From: Balanoglossus misakiensis
Lineage: Eukaryota > Animalia > Hemichordata
Direction of reading: 5' to 3'
Assembly: GCA_040954595.2 (NCBI GenBank)
Contig: CM082585.2
Location: 7,589,808-7,653,807, forward strand
DNA: 64,000 nt
In this document: one piece after another, positions 40,958 to 53,962 of the stretch
Layout of the letters: each line of letters begins with the position of its first letter
How positions within the stretch are numbered: position 1 is the stretch's first letter
Translations under genes and position numbers: made by a program
The notes under the pieces: generated by a model
Database searches by the model: none
Told to the model about the DNA's origin: nothing
The model's input: only the letters and a program-made list of their open reading frames with translations

Positions 40958-43900
40958 CGAATTTGTTTTCTGTAAAATTACGTATATATCCGTCTCCTGG
41001 AACTTAGTCGATGTTCATCGCGATCTCTGTTCGCTGAACATTGTCACACGTCGTGCTTTGATATGATGTCTGAGGGACGGATAGCAGACTAGTCTCTTTT
41101 GTGACGTGTTTTAATTATGTTAATGACCATCGAATGCAATGTGCCAAATGATGCATATAAAATTAATTGGCATGATACACATGGAGCCATATACAGGGGC
41201 GCAGGAAGCAATTGTTAACATATAACCAATGAACGCCTCGCTGATGTCTAGAAAACATCGGCCTACAGCTGGCACGCATGCACTGGTGGCGTTTTTCTGA
41301 ATTCTCGGACTCGGTGTTCCGTGAGGCCGCTCGCTGCTACACCTCAGGCGGCACGCCACATATTTTACCACTGGCCGCCGTTGTTTGACGTCGTTTGTAT
41401 TCAAATTTTAATGCAAGTGTGCCGAGGTGATAATCCGCGTTTGTGTCACGCTCGTCAAAAAGTGATTTCATGTTTTCAGGGAATCGGAGAAATGTTAACA
41501 AGTGTTCAATTTGGCACCACATCCACACCGCACTTCCTTTGTCGGAATTGTAACTGTAAATTACCGTCTTTTGTTATTTTCTCAGCTTGGGCTATCACAG
41601 TTGTAACTGTTAATTACCGTCTTTGTCTTTTTCTCAGCTTGGGCTAATAAGAACAATAGTGTTTTGTACAGACCCCACGCGGGCAGCTGTGATATGCTAT
41701 ACAAGGATTCAATATTTTGGGAAATTCTGGTTAGTACGAGATGGACAGTTTTTGAGTTCTACTGGTCCAGGCTGGACTGCAGGTTTATTGTCCCGTCCCT
41801 CCAAGGTTATATAGTTGTGTAAATTGTCCGTTAATTAACAGTCAGTCGTACACGACGAGTGTCACGTTTTGGCAATTTATAAAGCACGTCGGGTTATGAT
41901 GAACTGCATTGACCAGAAACTAATTTCTTTACTTTACTCTGGGGAAATCGTCGCTTGTGTGGTCGTCAAGAGAACGTTAAAAAAAGACAGAATTGTTGGC
42001 TACGGTTAATAAGGTACACCACAGACGGCTACCCCGGGTAATTCATTAAATTTAACGCGAGAACATGCACGCCGAGTCTATTTATATAATTTTAACGGTG
42101 CACATACGATCATTATTAAACGCAATTTTCTATCAAATATGTCGCTGTTACCGCTAGCTGCTACTGGCATCGACTTACCTATTTTCAGAACTGGCGTTGG
42201 TGTGTCCGTACAGCCATGACGCTCGGTAGGTGACCGGTGACGTGAAACGTTTATTCTCATCCATGGCTTGCGAATGCAGTATCGGAGAGACAGCTGTTAT
42301 ATGTCTAGTACCTCCTGAACACTGTTCACCGAACCTGGTCACAATGTATGTGTAATTGGCGTGTATTTCGACGACAATTATTTGGTGGTACCGTGTACCA
42401 TGATCTGTTTGCTATTTTTATAACGATACCCGTAATAGAAATCCAATTCCAGGTAAAAAATAATAATAATAATTTACATAAGGTCGCACTGACCCCTGTT
42501 GTTTCTCGAATCGCGTTACAACTTTTGTCATTTTTCTCTGATTTCAAGGAATTTGATATTATTTAGGCACATTCATAATTGATCACATTTCTTGCTTCGG
42601 TAAAGGAATTATCTTGTGACTTTGAATTTTTGATGTTTTCATTCCAGATTAGCTTCATGTAAACATGATTATAGGCATTTTGACTAATCGCGGGTGAAAA
42701 GCGGTGAATTAAGAGAACGTCTTCGGAGAATTCCATTCATGCTTTGTGAATAAGTATCAGCTTAGAGGCAATTTGGAAATGAATTCATGTTTGTCTGCAA
42801 TGGGTATTGTACTGGTGTCGTTGTGCTATAAAGTCAATTTATTCGCTCTAAAGTATAAATTGCAAGTACGATCGTGTCCATACTGTCAGAGTCAAACAGT
42901 AGAGGCTTGCTTTCAACCAACACGCGTGTCCCCAATTTCTCTCCATTCTATTTTCAGAGCCAATAAATTCTCACTTGTTGACGAGCGCTATCCATAACAA
43001 TCAGTATCATTTTCACTTTATGCAAATGAGGGTTACGCTTTCAGCAACACCGTCTAGTCAATTAATTACTCACAGTACTACTTGGTCGTGTGAATACAGT
43101 ACAATTGGTCACAGGCATCTTATGTAGATGTTCATATCTGATATGCATAGAATATATAATATATTGTTAAAGTATTACGCAATTCAGTTGTGGAAATTAG
43201 AATGCGCGCAAAATCGGCAATTTGTCGTCGATTATTTCGAGAAAGGCGATGACCGCATTCCCCCCCGCGGATTGATATTCACTGTGACGTCATTTGTTTA
43301 CACGTCGAACCGGAAGCACACCGCGACCGATACGCGTAAAGTGATAGGGGTTGGTTTTCGCGTTGTATCTCACTAATTTGCACCACACCGCTGAAACTCC
43401 GTTCGTCTCAGAAAGCAAACTCATACTTCGGTGCTTGTCCATGCAACTGACGACAACAAAGTTGCATTCCTCTGGCCCCACGACAATCCAATGTTAATCG
43501 AGTGTTACATAAACTACGCAAAAACTCAGGATTCTTAGTACAAGCGTATTTAATTTTATTGCAGAAAATATCGACTCAATAAATCTCACACTATGAAATT
43601 ATTGTTTGAATTTCAATGTATTTTACATGCGCATCGTTCATTTGAACTCATCACAAAGGTTTTTATGATCTATGGTTTCGTAACGTGGCAAATCACTGAA
43701 CAATGCTGATAATATTCTGTAAGAAATTACATTTCACAATATATTGCTGTCCTTCGACTCCTCTAAAATACTTCAGTCACAGTTGTAGAAAAAATAAAAG
43801 ACCAAACTTTATAATGAATTTTGAAAATTGAGAGTTAATGCTTTCTTTTCTGTGTTACGGACATTACGATTCTTCCAAAGATTTTTTACATTGGAATTGT

Positions 43901-44029
43901 TTATATGTCTTGAGTACAATAAGTGTTAATGATAAGTGAAAATGAATATTCGTGGCCACGGTGGTGTATGTAAATAAGTATCTTGACCCTGAATGCGTCC
44001 TGTAATTGTATTGCCTTGTTGCCACCGCT

Positions 44030-47000
44030 CTAGGTGGAGTACACGCGAAATTTCTGGCCATTTCTTTCTCCGTAGAGCGGTGTACCATTGGCATCGCACA
44101 AGGTGTCAACAATGAGACCCTGCGCCATCAACTGGAGATTGTTCGGAGCGGGAACAGAGTACGCTTCGGTCAAGAGATACTGGTTGGCCGCCACAAACCC
44201 GCAGTCCATGTGGTCTCTGTAACAGCCTCTGTAGGCGTCGAGGGCGCGGTACTCGATTCTCTTGCACGAGTTCTCGCTCGTCTGGTATTCTTGCAGCATG
44301 GCGGCAAAGACACAGATTTGCACTCGGTCCATCAGCTGACTTCCCTGCAGAAAACAGAGACAAATACATGTGTATAGAACCGATACCGATGCTAGGTTTG
44401 TGTCTATGAGAATCAAGTTAAAACTTTGGAACTACAAAAGCTTGTCTGAAACGACACTCCGGGAACTATAAAACGAAATGCAGTCAGACTTGTTTGGAAA
44501 TAGAAGTGTTAGCTTACGTCAGATTTCAGATAATTCTTGGCACTAGTCTCGCCCTCGCAGATCTTTTGGAAGGACAGGGCGAAACCATCTGGGCCGCAGG
44601 GGTATCGTTTGTCGAAACAGCTGTAGAAATCACAGTGTCCATCCCGTGCAAGTTCTTCGCATGAGCTATCTGTGTCTGTAGCCAAAAACGAAAGACAAAA
44701 CTATTATTTGTGTGCATGTATCATGTATCAGATGTGTACATGAATACTAGTATAACCGTTCGAAGTCAGGAAAGAACCGACAAGTACACTAACCGGCTGT
44801 TGGCGGTTTCAGTGGAAACATGTCAAGTATGCGACTCCTGACGCTGGCCTTCATCTCGTCCAAAGACTCGTCCGCGGAGTGATACCCGTCCACGTGGAAC
44901 TGCCTGGTGATGTCATCGATTTGGTCGTCCAGCAGATAGAGGACGCTGTCCTCCTTCCCAGAATCCGCCTCGGCCACCATCTCGTCCACGCTCGCCTTGA
45001 AGTCCGCCATGTTGTCTGGCGACTTCAGAGTCTCGTACAGGTCGACGTCGTTGCTCGAGGACGACGACGAGCGGGAAGAACCGCCGGAGACTTTGGTCTT
45101 CCTTGTGCAGTCAGTCACAAGCTTCTTGCCGTAATAAAAGGTATTTTTGCAGGTTGAGTCGCTGAAGGTGATCGGTAGCCGTTTGTAAATATCTGCGATG
45201 CCCTCAGTCACGCACTCCATGATCTTTCCCCACACAATCCCATACTGCAAATAACAAGAGTTAGAACAAGCCCGTGCCGTTAACACCCAGTACACCTTTT
45301 TATATGGTCTGCATGTACTTAAAGGGGGGAGGGCGTCTGAACTGCGCATGTTCAATTTTTCTGTTTATAAACATACCATCCACATTGTTCTCACTGTTCC
45401 TCCCATAATAGTGTAGGTTATGAAAAATCAATATAAGACGCCGGACCTACCAGTGGTCTCTCCCGAAGTTTGCAATATTTTGTCAATGTCTTGCTCAGGT
45501 CATAACGCCTTCCTTCGTTGCAGATATGTCGGTGGTTGAAACAGTCGAAAAACTCGCAGTTGCCACTGCGGGCTTTTGCCAGGCATTCCGCATCAATACC
45601 TGAAAGTTACCAGAACGAATCTGTTAGACTTGTAATGCATAATAATGTGATTCCTTTTTTGTTGTGATCCCTTTTCAGCCAGTTAACGCGTGCCAAATTG
45701 AAGGATTCAACTGATGATTACATTCAAGAAAGAACAGTCACATACGTCTGATGGACAGCCACGAGGCAAAAGAAGAAGTCGTGAAACTGATGTTCAAAGG
45801 TAAGACACTATGTACGAACATCTACGTCTATTTTCCGGTACTGCGAGGCATATTTGGAGGGGGCTACGGGCGGTGTACATAATGGAATAGGACTTGATTC
45901 CCAGGCAAATGTATTTACATGCAATTGCCCCCAATACATGTAGTTCCAAACGATGAAATCTATTTTGGAGGAAATTGACCGCCTGCATTTTTGCTATTGC
46001 TATTTCTAGCATCGTTCAACTGTTATCGTTGAAACTGCTTAAATTAATTGTAATGAGTGACAACCGACGTGCCAGTAGAAATCATGTGTTACCGTTATAT
46101 CTATACCCACCTGTTCGGATGACCGACACTGCGTTGGGTCCCCCACATTGCTCGTTTGAATTGCCGCTGCATGTGTACGAACACTGGGAGGCAGAGACCG
46201 TGTTGCTGTCGAATGTAAAGACAAGATTCAAAATTGGTGATAAATTCAGTGCTGTTCTGCTAGATGTGAACAGTTGTGTTACATTTCTGCCTCAGTAGTT
46301 CTTCCCGGTTGCATGGCAACCATTGAGAATGTATTAAGTTATTTTATAACAATTAATATGCGCATTTCTCGTCGTCCCGTGGAAGATATACCAATGAGAG
46401 GTCAGACCGCGCAAATTAGCATGACGTGAGGATGGTCGCATGTTGGCGCTGTATTTACAAAACACAATTTTAGTGACGCCATAAATTTCTTACCTTTCGG
46501 ACTGGTCATTTCCGCATGCGCAAGTCTTGGCATCAATCAAACCAGCGTATTCGTAGCCATTGAAAGAACAGTAAGCGTAACAATACTGTACAAACATAGC
46601 GTCTGACGTAAACTGTGCGTGATTGAGGTTGGACGCAGACTCCTGAACGCACCCAATATATCCTACACACGAAAAATACACATTATCATTATTTTTTCAA
46701 GTTCCTCTTCCCTGTCTTGTTTAAGTAGAAGTCCGGCAATCCGGAGACTGGATTTTACATATGTGCTAGCTTTGGATACAGGAAATCATTTTTTTCTGAG
46801 TATAATTCACGCGATTTTCAAACGGTGTCCTGCGCGGCGATTTTGATACCTACCTGTCTTGTAGACAGAATTTCGAAGGTTACCGCCGCAGAAATACCCC
46901 TTCGGAGCGTCCGTACACTTGTGCGAACACTCGGAATCGGCTGCGGCCCGCCCGTGTCTGTCGTACGTAACCCCGCACCAGCAGCTCTGGGACGAGGTGA

Positions 47001-50000
47001 ACTGGAGGCCGGCGTACGGGTAGCCTCGTCCACGGCAGTAGAATGTGCAGCTGTCGATGGTGATTTTGGACAAGGAGGTCGCCTGGTGCGAAAGTGCTCG
47101 CGATGTAGATCTGTCGATGTAACACCCAAGCGAGTGTCCTAAAACGAGGGCAATGATCAGAGTAAGGGTTTAATACTTCAGTGGTAAAATTTTTCTGGAA
47201 AAATCTTATGATAAACGGTAGCGAAGTCTGATAACGTCGAATGTACGTATTCTACTTCATTTAACTCTTTTAAACCACATAAAGGGGGCGTTTTCACCTT
47301 ACAAGACTTCTGGATTCCTAAAACTAATAATGACAAAGCATAGAAGAGGGCACTCTTACCACAGAAGGGGTCGTCTCCCGTCGTCTCCAGATAGTACAGC
47401 GTCGGGGAGTTTGGTTTGGTTGCGTGGAAACCCATCCTTTGACACGGCTGCGAGGTACAGCCGCTACACCTGTCGGTGGAATACATGTACATGTATTCTG
47501 TAATCTTACGTGGGCTCATTGTTGTGAACGTACGTCAAACAAGAGGGAACGTTTTACATTTGGTTCTTTACTCTGTATCTTAATATGGTACTAGATGGTT
47601 ATTGAAGCCTAAAGATTATTATGGTCTTTTACAGGTAATTGAGCCTTCAAGCTACGCCCCACTTGGTAACCCACCTTCTAGTTCGGAGCTCAAAGTGACC
47701 GTTACACCTCTCGGAGATGAAACCGCACCGGCTGTTGATGCTGGCCGCAAACAACAGCGTGGCCCTGCTGTGGTCACACGGGAAGAACGTACAGCCCGGC
47801 TGGTCGTTGCCACCGTTGGGGTAGAAATCAGCGTGGCCGAGGGACTGCGGGGCGAGAAATTACAGGTTAGTTTGCATCTTTACGCTATAATTCATCAAAC
47901 AAGGCATAGGTTAACCTATCCCCCCAAGCAATCCGTTTATCGGATTGGGTGCCCTGAGTATGAATTCCTGGCCCTTATAAAAAAGCCTCAATATGTGTAC
48001 TTCTGTCGTAATCAAAAATTTGCCAGAAAAAGGGAAAGGTTTTTACGCCATTACTTGGTAAATTCCTAGCTGTGGAAACGTGCCGCCTGTATGGTCGTCC
48101 TGTTCCACGGCATCAGAGTGGATCACGTCCACGAAGTCGGCGTCGTTCCTTGATACGCAGTGTGGTCCCGGAGCCTTGCGCCTTTCTCCCGACTGAATCA
48201 GGAAATTCGGCCGAGCGGGGTCCAGAGCTGAAAATATGTTAATCATTTGTACAGATGATGAGTTTTCGCATGTTGCGTGATCCCGCGAGAGTTGGTTAAC
48301 TCCCGGCCGTAGCAACGGTTTGTTCCGTATGAAACTAGAGTTGGTGCAGAAAATTGTAACTTTTGTGCTGATCACTGAGCACGATGGGCCTGCGTTGTTC
48401 GTCTTGCGTCACACGCGAGATCTCGCGGGATCGTATGAAGTTCAAGTTCGGAAAATTGTCTTTAATTCAACTATTATTTTGTGAAGTATGGAGGACGTAC
48501 CTGTTACGCGCCTAGCCTTGCAAGGGGAGGCCCCGCATAGCAAGTCTCGCTGGATCCATTTGCCGGCCATGCCGCTGATTTGAGCGCCCAGGCTGTGTCC
48601 GATCAGGTGAATGTCGTCGAGGGCGCTGCTGTCATGCCTTTCGAGAACGAGGCCGAGAAGCCGTTTGATCTGGTTTGCAACAATCCTGGTATTGCTAGAG
48701 GCTTGGTCGTATTCTGGATGCTTAAAGAACTGTGGATGCAGAATAAGTCATAATTTGGTAGACAAATGTGTTAATAAAAAGGAGCGATTCGTGAAACTGT
48801 GTGAAGGCAACAAGGTTCCCTCCAGAGTATGTATTGACTACAACCTTTACCAATTAGACTCGAATAATTGGTAAATTGGGGATATCGTTACGTCCAGGCT
48901 AGAAACCGGGTTTCATTTATTTGAATGTTTACGTACATCAGCATTAGGGTTTGCGGCATCTTTCCAGTCCACTGCGATGACGTTGAAGTCTCCGGCGGCG
49001 AGGAGGCCATCGGCGATCGCCAGCACCCACGCGGTATTTCCCTCGCTCTGAAATCCGTGCGTGATGAACTGAAAGGAAGAGGGACCGACAGTTAGCAGAC
49101 ATTCTGGTTCGTCGCTTGGAGGCGCTGTTTCAGCTGGTGACCAAGCATGCCAATCGGACACAATACAGGCTGACTAAGAGAATGAACACCGGGGGTGTTT
49201 TCTATACCTTGATCGGCTTTCCAGGCATGAACTCGGAGTGCAAAGACGTGGGAAACTGCAGGTCCACCCCCTGCCTTTGGGATCGCGTGAAGAGCTTGAA
49301 GCCCGCTGCTATGCCTTCTTCCGGCAGCTCGTCGAAGGAGTCGACGCAGAATCGGCCGTCGGCACCATAATCCGCACAGTCTGTAGAATAAAATAAACCA
49401 ACAACGCGCCTTTGTTATCCGTTATAGTGGCCATACGGCGATATTCTTGTAAGGCATTATATGCAAAGGGGTATCATTTATAAATGCCTATACATACATA
49501 TTTTCATAGAAAGCCACACCCATTGGGTGCTGACGCGTGACAACATTTTTGAGTGCTCACAACCCCGCACATAAAAAGCATTGCTTTCCTACCGCAGAAG
49601 GGCTTGCTTCCCGTGGTTGACAGATAGTACATCGTCGGCGTGCTCGGTTTGGCGGCGTGGTAACCCATTCTTTGGCAAGACGCTGATGTACAGCTAGTGC
49701 ACCTTTTGTTTTGGACGTCACTAACACTGTTGCATGTCTCGGCAGCGAATAGACAAGGGCCTTTAATGCTGACTGAGAACAGCCATGTAGCCCTGCTGTG
49801 GTCACAAGTAAACAGTGTGCAGCCCGGTTGGTCGTTGCCGCCGTTGGGGTAGAAGTCGGCGTGGCCAAGAGGCTGCGATGACAAAAATACACGTGGTTAA
49901 TAGCGACGTTTGCCTTGATGGAAAAATATTTTCCTGGAAACAGATACTGCCATTGTATTTTGTCAACCTGATCTCAGTCCGAAAAATGATCCCCACTCAT

Positions 50001-53000
50001 TATCCCCATTCAGTCAGTCAGTCACTTCCAGTTTTGTAGACTTATGTCATTACCTGGAAAACACCCAGTTGTGGAGAAGTGCCGCCTGTATGATCGTCCT
50101 GCTCCACGGAATCTGAGTGGATGACGTCCACGAAGTCGGCATCGTCCCGAGAAAGACAGTGAGGTCCCGGCTGTCTTCGGTTTCCGCCCGCATCAATCAG
50201 GAAATTCGGTCGCGCCGGATCCAAAGCTGAAAAATAAATCCGTTTTCATGACAAAGAAACTTTACTTTAAAACACGTGATGTCAGTCTTGGATACAGCCT
50301 TATAAGTAACCCGCCATTACGCTAGAACCGAGTCAAAAGATCATATTCTATACCTGTAATACGTTTAGCCTTGCATGTGGAGCCACTGCATTGCAAGTCT
50401 CGCTTCATCCATTTCCCAACCATCCCACTGATCTGAGCCCCCAGGCTGTGCCCGATCAAGTGAACGTCGTTGAGGGCGCTGCTGCCATGCCTGTCGAGGA
50501 TGAAGCCGAGAAGGCGTTTGACCCGACTCGCCACGATCCTGGTGTTACTGGAGGCTTCGTCGTATTCCAGGAGTTTCAGCTAGGAATGTAATAGAATTTG
50601 CATAATTTTTAAAAGAGCTGAGACGTACATACGCCGCTGAATCCATAAAGTCCAATGGTATGGGACCTACAACATTTACTCCCAGATGGAATCGGAACAG
50701 ATGACGTCACATCTTGTTTTGCGCAATCGCACATCCTCGCCACATTAAATATTATAAACTTTAAAATACGAGAGTGGCCCTTGATTTTCTGTTTACTGAA
50801 CGGTGACAGTAGTGGTTCGTTTGAAAACATACAGTGGGTGTTCACAGATTATTTTCCCCGACTGTTTTCCTAAGAGACCTACATCTGTATCGGGATCTGC
50901 AGCGGATTCCCAGTCCACGACGATGACGTTAAAATCGCCGGCGTTCACGAGCTCCATGGCAATCTCCTTCACCCAGTCCTTGCTTCCGGCGCTGTAGAAT
51001 CCATGCGTGATGAACTGCAAGTGAACAAACGAGGAAAAGATGAAGTTTCCACCCGTTGCGAGATCTCGCGAGACTTGGTTAATTACCGTGGCAACAGATA
51101 GGTAACCACGTAAACTTTATGGGAACTGCTGCATTTATATAAGGTATTGCTCATAACGTGGACTTTTACACGAGACAACGACATCATGATTGGATATCTG
51201 TTGCAGGGGGGAAATACATAAATCGACACAACTAGGAGTTGTTTCAACTTGGAGATACTTCACCTTAATCGGCTTTCCTGGCATGAAACTGGAATGCAAA
51301 GCCGTGGAAAACTGCATGTCCACCCCCTGCTTTTGTGACGGCGTGTAGAGCTTGAAGCCCACTGCTATATTCTCCTCCGGCAGTTCGTCGAAGGAGTCGA
51401 CGCAGAATCGGCCATCGGCACCATAGTCTTTACACGCTTCAATTGTCGAAGGAAAGAAATCGATAAAATGTGGTTTAAAATAGAGTTTAATCTCCCTTTA
51501 TCCCGTTAACGGGTCCATCATAAGTATGTTCCCAATAATTGACGGCGAGGATACTAAAACATTAGTGCGAATACGCAGGCATACAAACATAACCCTGGGC
51601 TTGTTTAACGTTAAAAAAAAAACAATGTCTAAAGTTAATGTTAGGTTAGGTTTAAAACTGGGGGCGGTAGACAACTACTTACTTGTAGGGGGAAGTCCGG
51701 TTGTCGGCGGGGTCGTCGCTGGAGATCAAAAATAAAGTTTGGTGAAAATATGCCTAGCTTTAATTATACACGGTCACTGGCCTTGCTTCGTACCACAGTT
51801 AAACTTTGTACAGCCATTATTGGAGACGGCGAGTCTCAGGTAGGTCTGCGGACGGCCTTGGGAGCTGTGTACAGATACTGACGTCACGGTGTGGTTAACA
51901 CAAACAAAAGTGAATCATAAAAAACCACTGTACGTATTGACCAATCCGAAATAAGGGCGTGACTCGGTCGCCATGCATAAATATATGCGTGTTGACAAAC
52001 CACCGACTCATTCCTAACTCGGTACGGGTCCCCTCGGTCATGAATAAAAAACAGAACAGCGACGGCCCAAATACGTAGGCCTAGTTCATTGTATCCCACC
52101 TTGTACCTAAACGTAGAACACGTACGCTCATTCGTCTCTGGTCGTGTTTGACCCCAATTCTTTATTGCAATTGTCCCAAATATATTTGTTGGACGTGGGT
52201 TAGGCTTTCACTAATTAGTCCGTGGACAATTAAACGCATAAATATAACAGCTTAGATGTAGGTGCAAGTTCTATTTTCTCGTAACTATTTTATAAATTCC
52301 CCAAGCTACGATTACGTGTATTCTATACAACCCCCAAACGGACGGAAAGTCGGGATGCATGAGATAAGCCACGCCGCAAATGACGTAATTCGCTGCACAC
52401 TTTTTATTGGTGTTCGACCCGGATGTTGTTAGACATTCTAGTTATTGTCATATACAGTACTGTTTTATGCAAGTTGATAGTTAGATAGTAGAGTGTGGTC
52501 TAAAGAGCTTCATATAAGTCATTCACAAATCCAGGTGGAAAAATTTAAATAATTATAAGTACATGTACATCCGCGTTCCTGACGTTTATATACCAACCAG
52601 GCGTCATATACCAGAAACACAATTCATATACTGTCAACCGAAAAATGATACCCTGACCTCTGACCTCACGTTGAGGCCAGTCCGACTTCAAATCAATGCT
52701 GGATAGTTTTCGATAAACACTGAGCAACTTCGGTAAATATACATTCAGTCAATCTATAACTTTCGATCAACAACGATTTGGTATTTAAAATAATCCACAA
52801 GCTCTGAATGGAACGCGGAACATGGTGTCACGTCGCGCATCGATCAGAAGTTTTATGAGATAGTCCTAGTTCCGGGTTGATTGATACTAAGACAGAGACG
52901 GAAAGTGAGAGAGAGACAGAGAGACAGATGAAAACTGACAAGCGAAGTCAAAGTGAAGGTTACAAGTGACCTTGAGCATTTAAATAAACCAGAGGTCGTT

Positions 53001-53373
53001 AACTAGGCCACTAGAACGACATTAATTCTATGCGTGTTTCAAAACCATGTTCGTCTCACTCTCGAACCATTGACCTGAATAGTGAAGATTGTAAACGACG
53101 GTGGTACAGTATGGTGGTACTCATTAAGAATGCAAACGCCAGAATTTCGAACTATTGCACGTATATCGAGCTCCCAGGGCGGGCCGATGACTTTTTTGGG
53201 GGGTCAAGACACACAGCCTTCGTATCCTGTTCACTCTCTATTGTTCTCGGCCCCTGTTGTCCCAACACCACCACTACAACCAGCGGTCAACGCACGTACA
53301 CGTACTTACCCGCACTGGTTCCGATGAGGTAAAGTAACAGGACACCCTGCAGACAGATTCTCATGGATCTCAT
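44030..53373 (-). CDS. Secreted multidomain protein: signal peptide, 2x pancreatic-lipase-family catalytic domain, 2x WSC, 2x Cys-rich repeat (5' exon structure uncertain)
   Basis: Signal exon 53373-53310 MRSMRICLQGVLLLYLIGTSA. Lipase 1 ~51436-49593 and lipase 2 ~49380-47360, each with FITHGF, NVI.VDW, HLIGHSLGAQ, ALDPA, DFVDVIHSD, GHADFYPNGG, CDHSRA. WSC 47138-46854 and 46662-46111. Cys-rich repeats 45599-44794 and 44675-44030. Lipase 1 to stop is phase-consistent with no internal stop; exons between 53310 and 51718 are tentative. Confidence 0.8.
46111..47138 (-). other. Two WSC carbohydrate-binding domains
   Basis: SLGCYIDRSTSRAL...TIDSCTFYCRGRGYPYAGLQ...CWCG...CSHKCTDAPKGYFCGG and YIGCVQE...YCYAYCSFNGYEYAGL...CACG...CSYTCSGNSNEQCGG. 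Confidence 0.88.
51055..51095 (+). repeat. 41-bp dispersed repeat with a TCTCGCGAGA palindrome
   Basis: GTTGCGAGATCTCGCGAGACTTGGTTAATTACCGTGGCAAC; 39/41 identical to the reverse complement of 57042-57082; diverged copy at 48272-48316. Confidence 0.8.
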
Positions 53374-53962
53374 AACTAGTGCTAATTTGGAATGTCTCTC
53401 GGATAAATTCAGACGGCGCCTGAAATCACATAACGGCGGGTACGCGTGATACCTGCCAAAACTTTTATTTCCTGCAACGTCACTACTTCGAGGAATAGGG
53501 CAACGCGGAAGTATGGTTGACAATATTTCTAGTTGTTGGCCCTTGAGGGCGCGCTTCACATCGAAGGCCGAGCGAGCAGACTCGGCTGGACTGCTCAAGA
53601 CTTGGGAAAGTTTGGTCTGTACTGGCAAAACACTACGTCACTTTGAGTTCTAATTATTGTTTGACAAAGACAAATCATCTCTACCTGTATTAAATTGTTT
53701 CTAGTACAATGTATAGTACATGTACTATTCCGATACGAACCGGCACGACGTCATCACCGTAGAAAAGAAGTGTTCAGACTACACGACATTTACGTCATAC
53801 AAAACAGCAAGGAGCTTTTACAGAAACGTCACATTGAAATTGGTGCCTACAGTTTGAAATTAGTTGTACTGGATTTGAAAGTGATAGGCAATGGTTTGAA
53901 AAGATAATGTGTGCTCAACACACGTGGTTTTGAGTTGATTCATCCACGTGACGTCAATTTTC

